A stretch of 64,000 nt of DNA from Kudoa neothunni (GCA_964304625.1 OZ199838.1:6053944-6117943); one strand, 5' to 3'. Counted from the stretch's first letter, positions 1-13,081 are shown. Made by a program: numbers and translations. The notes: generated by a model from the sequence alone, not told the origin.

Positions 1-1701
1 ATATCCACATGTATAAACAAAACAACAAAATTGTGGAGTTTAATCCATTGGAAAAATATCCCTATCGCATAAGCAAAAAAGGCACTGATAACAACAAGAT
101 TACAATTACTTTCGACGAAGATATTCCAGATGAAATTTGCTTGTTTGAAATAAAAAAAAAGAGTGCAAGCGGTGACTTTACAAAAAGATGCTCTGTTCCT
201 AGCGAAGGGGATTGTTATCAATTATGCGCTGAAGTTACCATGGATCTTGAAAATGTTAGTGGAACAGATAAAGACTTTAAAGTAAAAGTATCGACTAGAA
301 ATCATTCTGGTGAAGAAAAAACTTTAAGACGTAAAATATAATTTGAAATACTTTAAATTTAAAAAAAAATAGTTGGAAAAGGTGACCTTCCAGTCCAACC
401 TAAAGAAACGTCTGCAGCTATCTCTGTTGGCACTCTAAAAGAAGCTACAGGTATTACAACTTGCACAATTGAAGTGAGGAAACAAGAATACCCAAAGATC
501 ACTATTGATGCTAAGTGTGACGCAGAATTAAAGAACCCATGCCCAGCGACTTGCCCAGAAACCGCAACTATTTATGGGTTGGAACAAAACACCAAATACA
601 TTGTGAAAGTAACCTATGCTGGTGGTAGTGAATCCTACATTGCAGAGAAACTCTTTACAACAGGTAATAAAAGAACTAAATTATTTACCTCATCCGAATT
701 TAGATAGCTATAACATGACACAAGCACCGGTGATAACATCGTACTACGAGCACGTAAAAATGACCATAGCGCCAAAAACTACTTTGTTTGACGGGGTTTA
801 TTGCAAAATTCTGCAAAAATTGAATGGCCAAAATGATTTCAGCCCATCTGAATGTGAGGAGTCAATTGACTGCTATAGTTTATGTGGAGAACCGATGACA
901 ATCAAAAATCTTTTATCTGATACCGAATATCAATTCAAATATTTTTTCGACAAATACGTTGGTGACTTGCCTAAAAACATAGTGACTGTTAAAACCAGTA
1001 AAAATAACTCAAGTATACACGAATAAAACTGATTAAGGTGATAAACTCGAAAAACTCAACGTGACATACGCATGGAGAGGTTCCGATTTAATCGTAACAA
1101 CAAACTTGGAGTCATCAGAAGAAAAACATATCTGTGACTTTACATTTGTAGACACTATGGAAGGGGACATAAATTTCGTTTTTGGGATATATGATAAAAC
1201 CACCGATTGGGATGGCAAATGCAACAAGGAAGTCACTTTTTACAACGCTCTGTCCTATAAACAAGGATTAATGAAAGTACAAGCAAGATATGTCAGTGAG
1301 CCAGTCATAGTTGATTTTTCTGCCCCAATAACCCAAGAACAAAAGGATTTGGTTAATCCTGAAACTAATGAACACGGTAAACTTTTTTAATGAGGGTTAG
1401 ATAATCCAATAATAATTCTGTAGGAACATCTGATGGGTAAACTCATATTATATTATTTGATTAGTTTATACTAACTATAATTTAGTGCTTCTACTGGCGG
1501 AACTAAAGTTATGTAATTTAATTGGTGTGATTCAAACATTCAATGTTGTTTAGGCTGGTTGTTGGTGGAGTTATTATAGCCCTGCTTGTGTGTGTCATTG
1601 GTTTTATGGTATTCAGGAAGAAATAGATGAGTTCAATTCTTCCATAGATCTTTCTTAAAATGGCGAACACATACAGGAACCGAATACACACTTATTTGTA
1701 G
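1..1701 (+). CDS. 5'-truncated single-pass (type I) membrane protein with four tandem FN3-like, Cys-containing domains
   Basis: Splicing introns 331-372, 664-703, 998-1037, 1377-1423, 1437-1485, 1513-1553 and 1609-1647 (possibly also 33-73) gives one open frame. FN3-like motifs GLEQNTKYIVKV and NLLSDTEYQFKY; TM segment MLVVGGVIIALLVCVIGFMIFL; tail KMANTYRNRIHTYL, stop TAG 1699-1701. Confidence 0.75.
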
Positions 1702-3775
1702 TCGTCTGATTATTATTATTATTATTGTTACTTTTAATTTTGTGAGATGGGATTATTTCAAACATGTTTCATGCTGATTATAGGATATTATTATTTCTTT
1801 AATCAGTAAAATTTTGTATTAATCAAACATGATTTATATCATCAAATACTAAAAATTATTAGACGTCTTTTCTCGGTCTTTGATTCGTAATTGCTCTGAT
1901 ATTGCACGACTTCAACTCAATTTTTTGTATTAAATTATTTTTAAATAACAATTTTGTAATAAAATAATGTTAGTTTTTAAAGATGTTTAGTAATTTATTT
2001 TAATTAATTTGATTAAAATATTTTTTTATTTGTAAATAATTGTTGACCTTATAAAACATTGAGTTATCAAAAAACAGGGTGAGATATTAAATTTTAATAA
2101 TTATTCAGCTTAATTATGATCGATAAAAATTATAACGAATACTTTAATTATTTTTCATTAGTCGAACAGCATTAAATCATTTATTAGCCCAAAAAACAAG
2201 AAATATTATACCGTACAATATCGATTTTACATAATTTCACTTCTTTGTTTGCAAATACATAAATAATGAATTCAAAACTATTTTGATAGTTATGAGAGAT
2301 TGATTATACACAATTGTTATTAAAAGGAAGTGGCTATTGACACGGATCATAATATCCAGGTAGGTATAGTTTTGACCGCATTTAATTATTTTTGGACCCA
2401 AGAAGCGGTAGCGAAGGGCCAAAAACAATTAAATACCACAGATTCTAAAAAATAAGCTTTATTGGTCAACTATAAATAGGAGTTACCGGATTAAAACTTG
2501 CGTGTCAATTGCCAGTGCCCTATTAAAAATTACAAAAATATGTATTTTCGACATTATGTTATTTTTTGGCTACCATCTTAATATTTAAACATTTTTATTT
2601 TAATTACTTATATTTCTGATAATTCCAAAACTTATTTCAATATATAATAATGTCTATTATTATATACTTTTCAATAATTTGGCAAAGAAGCTACTTAAAC
2701 TAATTCTGTTACTATTCACCAATTTAATATTCTTTATACTTAAACTTTGTAGAACGTCTATAGTAAGATAAAATAATTAACTTATCCATTTAAAACAAGG
2801 CTGGCTTAATCCACACAATCTAACAAATAATGAAATCGATAAATTAATCAAAAAATGATTTTAATGTTATGTCCTATGATTTATCATATTAATTAAAAGC
2901 TAGTAAACATATTTTTATAAAAGATAATATAATCATACACAAAAAATGAGGAACGGAGTCCACATGAATCAATTCGTGACTTTTGGGTGATTCCGACTAT
3001 AAAATAGCCCTTTAATGTAAGAACGATCCTTTTAGGCATTCACAACTCTTACCAACTCTGGATCTTCAAAATGAGTGCTATTGTTAAGGGATATTATTAT
3101 AATTTTTTGTCCAATTTAGACAAAACTGCGTTATTTTGGAATTAAACCACGGTAAATTTATTCATATAATAAACATGGATTTTTTAAGATAAAATTCGTT
3201 CCATATCCTGATTTTAAATAACATCTACATAAAATCTCCCAAACTAATTTTTTATGCGTATTAATATGTCTATCTTTTTATTAATCATCTAAAGAAGAAT
3301 AATATAAGATTTTAAAAACATGAAAAATAAGCGTATTTAATTATAGTCAAATAATTAAGCGTAAAGGAGATGCTGAATTATTTAGAGGATATTTTTTAAA
3401 ATAATTATTTGAAAAAAATATAAATATACTTTGGGGGTGTTAAAACCACCATATAATTAAATTATATATCACTCCTATATTTTTCATAAAGTTAAACGTG
3501 TTATTTATAACCTCTCAATCAACGGAAAACTATCCTTTAAATCTCAAATAACAATATCCTTTACGCCAATAAAAGTAAATTGAACACAGGGAATAATTAG
3601 ACGCGCGAGAAAATAAGCTGGCGACTTCGTTAGGAGCACATATGGACCCCAACCAATACCATAAAAGTTAAAATCGTCTGTATGAAATAAAAAGATGAAA
3701 TGCTAACAAAATATCATCGAAAATGAAACCTACTAAGACTAGGCGAAAAGCTAATTAACATGAATGTTAACACAC

Positions 3776-5334
3776 CTAATGAACAGAAGTGTAACAAGGG
3801 GAGTTAATCACGACATCATGTATGGCTTTTGCGACGTATTCTACGTTTTTAGGAGTAAGTCCACATACGTTGATTCTACCATTTTTAGTGAGGTAAATGT
3901 GATGCTTTTCAGCAAGCAAGTCCACTTGATTTTCTAAAATCATCATCTTAAAAAACTGGAAACTAATCGTTAAAATACTATTGAGACCAGTGAACGAGAA
4001 AAGACCTCTTTGTTTTACGATATGAGACCAATCGCCGGGAGTGCCAAGTGATAGAAGACGGTCGTGTAATTGTTTTCTCATTTCTAATATTCTTGAGGTC
4101 ATAATATTTAAATCTGATTTCCTACATCGAAAAAATAAAATTAAAAACTCTAAAATATGCATATTTACCATTGAGATTGATTCTCAGCAGATGAAAGAAC
4201 ATTAGAAACAATTCTAGCTCCATGTGAAGGAGGATTTGAGTAAGTGTTTCTTGCGATTATTTTCATTTGGTTCTTAACCACGCTAAGGGCACCATCATGA
4301 TTTATAAAAGCAAGGCAGCCAATTCTTTCATCTAACAGAACTCTTAATCAACTACAATCTCCATAGCAGAAGCTTACTGTAAAGCCCCATAATTTTTGCA
4401 AAAGATAAAGCAACAAACATCTCATGCCCATCCTCAGCAAATTTTCTCACAGGATAAGCATCTGAATCGATATCACCAGAACAGAACCCCAAATAAGCAC
4501 AGTCGAAAAATGGGAAAAGTTGTTTCCTCATAAAAATCTCCGACAATTCATCCCATTGTTCAGGTGTGGGATCAACTCCAGTTGGATTATGCCCTGAACC
4601 ATGGAGGACTACCACACTGTTTGGTTGAGCATTCTAATATGAATAACACAATCAAAAATAAAATTTAAACCACCAAATTAATTATAACCTCCAAGTCGTT
4701 TTTCATCTGATCAAAATCCAAAAGATTGGTTTTAGTGTCGAAGTATGTGTACATGTCGTATTTAGGAAAACCAGCGAATTGGGAAAGAGTGTAATGAATA
4801 GCTAATCGTTATTCCAATTCATAACCAATTACAAACAAGTTAGATATCACCCCATGTTGGATTGGATAGGTATATGTTTTCAAAGTGTTGGTATTTCTTT
4901 AGATATTCGAATCCGATGCGACAAGCACCAGTTCCTGACAACGTCTGTATTCCATCTACCTACAAATTGGAGATCATTCCAAAGTTTATTTACGTCGAAA
5001 TTCCTTCTGTTACATTTTTATTACGTATAACTTTATGTTCAGATCCGAAGATCAAAGGTAGGCAACCTGTAACAAAGTTTGGATCACCAGATATTGGTAG
5101 ATATTCTTTGTTGAGTGATTTATCGATAGCGATTTCCATTTCGACTTTTCTAACCACAGGCAATACCCAAGGTTTGCCGTTTTCATCTTGATAAGCACCA
5201 ACACCGAGGTTTACCTTAGTGGGGGAGGTGTCTTTTTTGAAATTTTCCGTGATCGAGAAAACTGGATCTAATGGAGGTGGGATCCGATTTTTGAAAAAAC
5301 TCATTTTGCGTAATGCAAATCTTGGAAACAGCAT
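3776..5334 (-). CDS. GOT1: Aspartate aminotransferase, cytosolic (GOT1)-type, 7 exons
   Basis: Spliced protein has KVNLGVGAY, PWVLPVV, EYLPI, QTLSGTGA, HNPTGVDPTPEQW, FFDCAY, SFAK (PLP Lys), YNERIG, ARNTYSNPP, GTPGDWSHI and GRINVCGL. ATGs at 5334 and 5304. Confidence 0.93.
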
Positions 5335-6162
5335 GGGAATCAGATTTAATGCGATAACCTTAATGATGACGACAACAACAACACTTAAGTTGGTATTCTA
5401 TGAATAAGCGTGGGCTGCGTTTAGTTTGCTAGCGGTTTAACCGACAAAGTTCACGAAAATTAAATCTCCTACTGCCTTCTATCTGGGAAAACTAGTTTTA
5501 ATATTAAGCTTTTTTAAGTCATGTTTAGTTCTAATGCTGAGATGTCACGTAATAGTCGCCTGCCACGTTGCAATACCTGAGTGGCTATCTCAGTTTATTT
5601 AATATTGTTCATTAAAACAATGATACACCAAGATAAATGGATAAAAGTTGTCACCTAGCCTTGAATACAACAAGACTCAAATCACTGAGCGTTTATATAA
5701 TATACTACCACAACTTACGATTGTTACATGATTATGCAATAAAGAAAAGTTACTTAACTGAGGACATAAAATTTTCTATATTAGTCATAAATTTTATTTT
5801 CATTAATTAAAATTTCAACCTAGATGATTAAAATGAGGAAATTTATGCAAGTTTCTAGTTCAATTGACTTATCGACTGTCATCGTTTGTTGTCGTAATGC
5901 TTTTTTTATAAAAATTCGATCGATATTTTTTGTTGCGCACTTCATAAATTGTGATAAGTGTCACGTTTTTTAATTTGTTTACTCTATGTCCGTGAGAGTT
6001 TGGTTAGAATTCTATAATTTTTCAGCGCTCGAATTTCGCTCAATGCACCTTATGTTGACTTTATTCCCTTACGGAAGTTGTCGGTGTAGCATAAGCTTGT
6101 TTTTAATGGCAGTTAAAATTTAATTAAATTTGAAATATTGTATTTGGTGATAGAATTGTCAG

Positions 6163-8590
6163 GTATGAAGATAAAAAGACGGAAAAACCCTCTCTAAACG
6201 ATGAGGTTAGCATAATAATTCGCAATGGAGGAAAAACTTAGATTGTTAAACTTTCGCATTGCTACATACGTAGGTGGTATGTTTTTAACACATTGGGGTC
6301 CGTGGAAAGTCGCAACAAAAGCGTTACCTAGCTACCAAGAGGATTAATATATGGGAGTGATGCCGCGAAGCCAATTTTTCTCGTTTTTTTAATTTCTGTC
6401 GAATTTTTAATATATTAAATGAGCTTAGTTTACTGTTATATGTTACAATTTTTATTTTTTGCGTGTTTCATATATTGAAGCCAAAATCAACTTTAGGAGT
6501 TATAATTTTAAGCTTGGGATAAATTTCACATTAAACATAACATATGAGTTATTTGAATATCTATAGTTTGTTTAAGAATTAAAAATTATTTCTTTTGGTT
6601 GCACAATATTTCCTTTATATTGCTAGTGATTTTTCCTCATTTATTTAATGCGACATATGTGAGTGGTGAAAAGGAGTCGTTTTCTTGCTATCAATGTACG
6701 TAAATAAATTGTTAATAGATTTGATTCAAATCATTCAGCCATTAGGTGTTTTTATGCCCATTAAAATACCGTAATATTCTAATTCAATTACGATGAAACA
6801 GATTCTTCTTATTTCTGAGTTCGATTATGCACTATTCTGTAAAATTATATGTTTATTGATCAGGTGTAATAGAATGATGATTATTTTTGGATAAATAAAT
6901 TGGGAATTGCATCTAATGTCATTTCAATAGCTATATCAACTTATTGAATGCTATGTACCTAAAATGGCATTGTTTTCTTCAAAAAACCTTGTTTGAATGT
7001 TTTTCATTAAATTAACAGTATGTAGATATATGTAATTGTAGGAAAATCTTTCACGGCCAATATAAAATATTCATACAGTGATATGTAATCTGTCGAAATT
7101 GGTATTTGCATGAGATAAGAATATATTGTGGTTGGCGTGAACGATTTTCGTCACGAAGTTGATGCGTCGGATTTATTCAAATGTAATTAATCAATAGAAA
7201 AAGTGGAATCAGTATAATTCTGCTTTCAGCCAGCCAAGCACCTGATAAGATAAGTATATCTGAAAATTTTGATAAAATTTGTATCATAATTCTATTGTTT
7301 GACAACTAACTGACGGCAGATTCCTATAATATATTGAAAATTGGCTAATAACAGCAACAAATCTCACTTCGTTTATTCCATATTTATCTTAACGATGCCA
7401 TATCCTTATATAACAGATTTCCTACGAGGAGTAACAGATTCGCTAGTAGGTACCTCTGTTTTTATTTTATGTATTATTCGCCAAAATAACAAGTATTTCT
7501 TAGTTTAACTTTACTAATTAATTTTTTTTAGAAGAATTCTATTTAACATATTAATGTGCATTTTAACCAGTCTATTCTTATATATTGTAGTTAGAATTAT
7601 TTATTTATTCATTTTTATTTTTAAATAGCTTAATCTATGGATAATTGAAGAATACACTAATGAATGGATTGAAAAAAATCTAAAAATTAATAAAAGTATA
7701 AATAAGGAGATTTTTTTTATTTTTATCTGTTATAGATTACCTGCAAGGATTTTACTTAAAGTAAATATAGAATGGTTCTCATCTTTTAATTAAATTGAAT
7801 ATTTAGCTGTGTCTTGGTTGTTATAAATTATTTCCAAAATTTCTATTGGATCGATGTAATTTTGATGCGTGTATAACGTTATTCTACATTATTGCATTAG
7901 ACCATAGGAAAATTATCCGCTAATATAGAAACTAATAGGCATTTCAATAGCAACAGGATGAACAGCGTCCAATTAGCATACATGCCGTCAAATTCAGTTT
8001 TTGATCAACTATTATTTTTTGGTGTTGAAAGTTTGTTTTATATTCAAGTATATATAATTTTTTATTGGATTTTACTTAGGATGCATTTTTTAGATAATTA
8101 TATTGTCAAAATTACCCTATTTTGGAAGTATTATATATTTTTCAGGTTTAAATTTGTTGAACAGTCTCATTTGCTTTGAATATTCATGGATTGAGAAAGG
8201 TTACTTGTAATATTTATGAATTATTTTCAAGGTTAATGACTAGGTATGAAACCTTACCAAATGTTCAAAAATATTGAAGAAGGAATCCATTATTACTTAG
8301 GTTACGGTTGTGTATTTAGTGCCCTTTTTATTGGATTACTTCCATCGTATGCGGATAAGTAATTAATGTTATAGGAGGTTAGTTCATGTATTTTTAGCGA
8401 GCTTATTTTTTCACTTATATCTCCATTACTTGTGGGAGGTTCTGCGTTTATTGCACCCGCTTATGAAAGGTTGTTTCCTGATTTCAACCTCTCAACTCAT
8501 TCCATCATTTTTACTATTAGATCGACTCTCAGATGGAATGTATTCAGTCCATCAGTCTCAACGACTATGTATATGACCAACATTATAATG
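6163..8590 (+). pseudogene. Decayed intron-containing MFS transporter gene (SLC18B1-like)
   Basis: Exon remnants QPLGVFMPIKIP, KLGIASNVISIAISTY*MLCT*, GYGCVFSALFIGLLPSYADK, RLVHVFLASLF/SLISPLLVGGSAFIAP and STLRWNVFS follow MFS TM order. Multiple in-frame TAA/TGA codons and frameshifts; no 3' end found. Confidence 0.6.
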
Positions 8591-9104
8591 TATAAATTTT
8601 TTTAAACAGAAAATCGTATTTTTATTGTAAATTAACACGAAAAATATTTCTCATAATAAATAAAAAAATATTAAATTATTTTTTACATATCAACTATATA
8701 GAATTATCTACAATAGATTTTAACCTTTGAATGTGTGAAAGTCATAACAAAATTAACTGACTTAATTTAAGTTCATTTCTCTTGATATTATCAAATAAAA
8801 TTGAAGTAATTACCAAATCCATACTTTATCAATTGAAATATTGTGATTCATTTAGTATTCTTTTTTTGGCAAGAAAGATAAAAAAAAGTGTTAAATAAAA
8901 TAATTTTAGTGAAATTTGTTGTAAATATTTACAATAGAGTTATTACAATTAAAAAAAGAAATTTTCCTGTTGTTTTTCTTGGTATTTTTGGCACATATTG
9001 AATTTGTGACTTAAAGCTAACAATTCAAAAATATAAATTTATACTAATAATATTGTATTGTTTTAAATAATTATAATTTATTACTAGTTTAGGTTTTAAT
9101 TATT

Positions 9105-9960
9105 TTGTTCGCAAGGTCAAACCCCTGGTGACATTTTTAGATAGAATGTAGAGTTGCGGCTGGTTAAATCCTCTCATTAATACTGTAATTCCTGCAGAAC
9201 GAATATAACCTATCTTCTCACCTATTATCGTTCTACGTTATTTCTGCATTAAGGTAGAAGTTTAATCTTCTAAGCGCCCTCGTTTCTGGGTCGACCACCC
9301 TAAACTTTATCTATCTACCATTTATCCATAGAGATTTTAGCTTTTCAGGGATTTCATGCCTGTTAATATATCCTCAATGATTCAAACGTCGAATTTGATT
9401 TCCTTTGTTAGATCAAAGTCTATTTTCAAGTCAAATTAAACGTCGTGGTTTAATTTCACTCGAATAACAGCTCCCGTATTATTGGATGAAACACATTCGC
9501 ACGGAAACAGTGATTTGTTGAAAACGAGATTCGGACCAGGTACCTTCAGATAATGTATCCAGCCACCACGCCACTAAACCATTTACTCTTAGTAATTAAA
9601 CTTTAAGTCAAGTTGACCATAATCCCTTCTGAGTTAATGATGAATTTTTACGTATCATTGGCCGATTTTTTCCTTATTCTTGGTCAATGTGCGAGTTAAA
9701 ACAATGATATAAAAACTTTTTGAACCGAATACCAAAATTCGACCCGTGGAAATTCTAGTGTCAGAAAAAGTAAAGCAACAATTCCGCTTTCTTGGACAAA
9801 TTCTGGAAAGAATAAATATAACGCCAAACTTGATTTATTCAATATTTCTCATGGGGTCAGGAAACTGCTAATTGGATCCAGATTAAGGTCGAGGTTCATA
9901 CATCCTTTATCTAGAACAGAGCTTCCCTATTGAAGGGGATTGCTGAATACGAATTAACGA
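9105..9960 (-). mobile_element. Possible Gypsy-type LTR retrotransposon relic
   Basis: Minus-strand fragment SKWFSGVVAGYII*RYLVR near 9530-9590 resembles an integrase C-terminal module; locally GC-richer segment starting TGTT at about 9105. Weak. Confidence 0.3.
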
Positions 9961-10389
9961 GATCAACGATCAATCTTGAGATTACGCGGATGAAACTTTA
10001 ATTTTAATAAATTATAGTGTGAGAACATTTAAATTAAAATTAATCGTTTATTTTGATAATTAAATGATTGAAACCTAGTCACATTATTCCTGTTTCATAA
10101 TCTCGACAAACGTCAATGATTCCTACCTACTCTGTAAAACTAAAGAGTTATCATTTTAACTAAATATTTTATTTTTTTAATATTTAATGAATTATAGCGA
10201 GGTTAATTCCATATAGCTATTGAAACAATGAAAACTAAGTTGAAATAAGTAAGTTTTGAATCCTACTTAATTACAGTTAAAATCATTCTCGCGCATAATC
10301 CAAATTAATTCATCCTTTCTTTTTTTATCTAAACTAAACTTTGTTCTTTAATGATGAATATGCGCTGTAAACATATTTAAATGTATAAA

Positions 10390-11479
10390 TAGGGCATGTA
10401 CTTTTCGATTAAAATCGATTTTGGTCGATTTAAACCGTCGAATTGGAGGAAAATATTCGGTTTTTATTTTTTTTAATCGAAAAGGAGCGTTTGAAAATTG
10501 GAAGGAAATGACGTGGATCGACTAATTATTTGATAGAATGGAACGATTTTGAAGCCATTAAGGATTCATCGGTCTGTAAATATTGCAAAGAACTTACGAA
10601 TTTTTGGAGATACAATTTGATGGTCTTAATATGCTTGAGTTATCATCAAAGTTGTTAATTTATGCTCTTACTGCATTGTATGATTTCTCAAAATTAATAG
10701 AAACAAATGAGAATTTTACATCCCGGATTTTTATTCGATAAAGGATGACTTTGTAATTAAGGGAGATAGTTTGATCATAAACCATAAAAATATCATTGGC
10801 TTTGTTCCATTTGAATCTTGAAACAATTTTATATTTAATGTGAAAATTTGTGTGGTGCCACAAATGAAGAAATTAATCGAGCAATACTCAAAAATTTTAA
10901 GGAAATTTTTTCTTCTCTTTAAATTTTTCAAACGGTGAAATATATTGATCCATACACTCCAATTATTATTGGAAAATTAAATGTTGATTGTCTTTATTAC
11001 TTTTTAGAAAATAAAAGGAAGATCGAGGTTAATAACGAGTATTACATGTTATGTAAAATGATAAAAGATTCAACTTGAACTTAAAATATTGATTCCTGAA
11101 ATAAATCGTGGAATTCTTATCCAACTCTCTCGAGATTTTTTCAAGATATATTGGTGCTACTAGTTTCCTTCATTGATGTCGAAAGGAGTTTCTCAAGATC
11201 GCGAAATATATTCGGAAAAGAAAGGATCAATCTTTGTGATGGGCGCCTAACAATGCTCTAAAATACTCGATTTTTATGTTTAATTATAACTAAAATTAAA
11301 ATTTTACAAACTAATTTTTTGAAAATTATGAATTTTTTTCTAAAGTAAATATCGATAAAAACTGAATTTTAATCTTCATCTATATAAAGTCGATAAAAGT
11401 CGAAATAAATTTTTTTTTATTTCGGTCGATAAAAATCGTCGATTTGGGAAAAAATAAATGTCGAAAATTACATGCTCTA
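10390..11479 (+). mobile_element. hAT transposon relic, internally deleted
   Basis: TIRs TAGGGCATGTACTTTTCGA / TAGAGCATGTAATTTTCGA; flanks TGTATAAA / TTCATAAA (degenerate 8-bp TSD); dimerisation motif SFIDVERSFSRSRNIF at about 11165-11215. Confidence 0.85.
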
Positions 11480-11989
11480 TTCATAAATAAATAACTGATT
11501 ACCGAACTCCACCGGAGGTAACATCTGTTAGTGTCATGACCAAACAGCCTAATATTGATGTTAAATGTGGCGTGGAAATTTCCATTTTGTTCCATTTAAC
11601 TCAAAACTAAAACAGGATAGTCAAATCTATTAAAGTCATCCTTTTAAACTTTTTTTGAATAGGTTTAATTGGTAATTTCTCCCGGAATGGTTACGATATG
11701 TTTAACGAATTCTCTTGCTTTCTGATTATATTGAATATATATTTTAATGATCAAAAGATTAATTAATATTTCCACGAAAAATTAGAATCAAGCTCAATCA
11801 TTATAATAGAAAACCGCTGGGGTTGCTGACCGACCCCCCATGGGAATACACGCAAGTTTTTAGAGCACAGTCCTTCTAGGGTTAAGTTCATATAATGCTA
11901 GTATTTCTCACATGGCAAGTTTCAAACGTTAATTGTTTTCGTCGATTAAATCGGAAGAAGAGTCGCTCTCCTCAAATAGACATATTCTG

Positions 11990-12400
11990 TGCTCAGCAGT
12001 TATGATGTCGTAGATCTCATCAACTTTTTCATCCTCCCAAAGTATATCATCTTCACTCCCATTCATTGAATTTGATATGCCGCATTTTTTGAATGATCTT
12101 TGGATAATTTCTGAACTTTTTGATATCCAAGAATTTTCACCCAGCCAGATACGAAGATAATGCAGATCTTTAAAAATTGCCTGAATCTTTATTTTTTGTC
12201 AATCCCTCCTACATCCATTTAATCCACTTCTCGCGAACTTTACATTTAAATTAGAAAGGTAACTTATTACAACTAGATTGTATACTTTACTATGATACAA
12301 CCTTATTTTTAAGCTTGTATCATTTGTAAAGTCACATAAGGATTTTGATGCTTTTTTTGAAAAAAAGTGCGGCTTATGGCTTATACTCGGGTATATACGG
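11990..12400 (-). mobile_element. pogo-like (Tc1/mariner) transposon fragment
   Basis: Minus strand EIIQRSFKKCGISNSMNGSEDDILW (pogo C-terminus); pogo-type end CCGTATATACCCGAGTATAAGCC on the minus strand ending at 12400. Confidence 0.75.
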
Positions 12401-13081
12401 AAATTAAAATAATATATTTTTCACAGACACGCGTTGCACCTAACACGAGATTAATTATCGTAGTGATGTGCATAATCCACATTTTGATTAATTTTTGATG
12501 AGTAGAGGGGGTGCGAAACCCCAAAAGACTATGGAAGCACTGATCTGAAATCTAAAGTCCAGTAAAAATTACGCACCTCAACGACAGTCGTGTACATTTA
12601 TAATAATGATCTTTACTCACATTCTCTGCTTATGTAATGAAAAGCAGAGAATGCCTAAGAATATGCCGCCGACTCGCCGCATTCACTTATAAACAATCTC
12701 ATTATTAAGAGCACGCAATATATAATGGGGGAAGTTCCAATATCACTCCAGTAACAACTATTTACATAAAAAAGAAATTCCAAATTATTACAAAATATGA
12801 TTATAACAGGAAATTGTTAATCCTAGTAGGTGCCCCGTTTCATGAAATACGGCCGAAATATAATAACTATACATACTCTATTGATCCTTTACAATTAATT
12901 TTATTGAGTTGAATACAACTGTCGATCCATGTACTATGGAAAATAATGTAAAGACTGCGAAATGCTTAGCTAGGTGAATAAAATGGTAGCTAAACAATGT
13001 ATGCGCTAGACGCATGCGTAGTGTTTTTAATAGCAGCTTTGATCTGTCGGCTGCCTGCCTTAATCATTTGTTAAGAGAACA

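Noticed and set aside
4862-5407. + strand ORFs 4862-5191 and 5219-5407
   Set aside because: Antisense shadows of GOT1 exons.
6560-8000. Stop-codon reassignment or selenocysteine, suggested by repeated in-frame TGA/TAA in the MFS gene
   Set aside because: Frameshifts co-occur, several stop types appear, and intact genes have no internal stops and use TGG and TGY normally; pseudogenisation is simpler.
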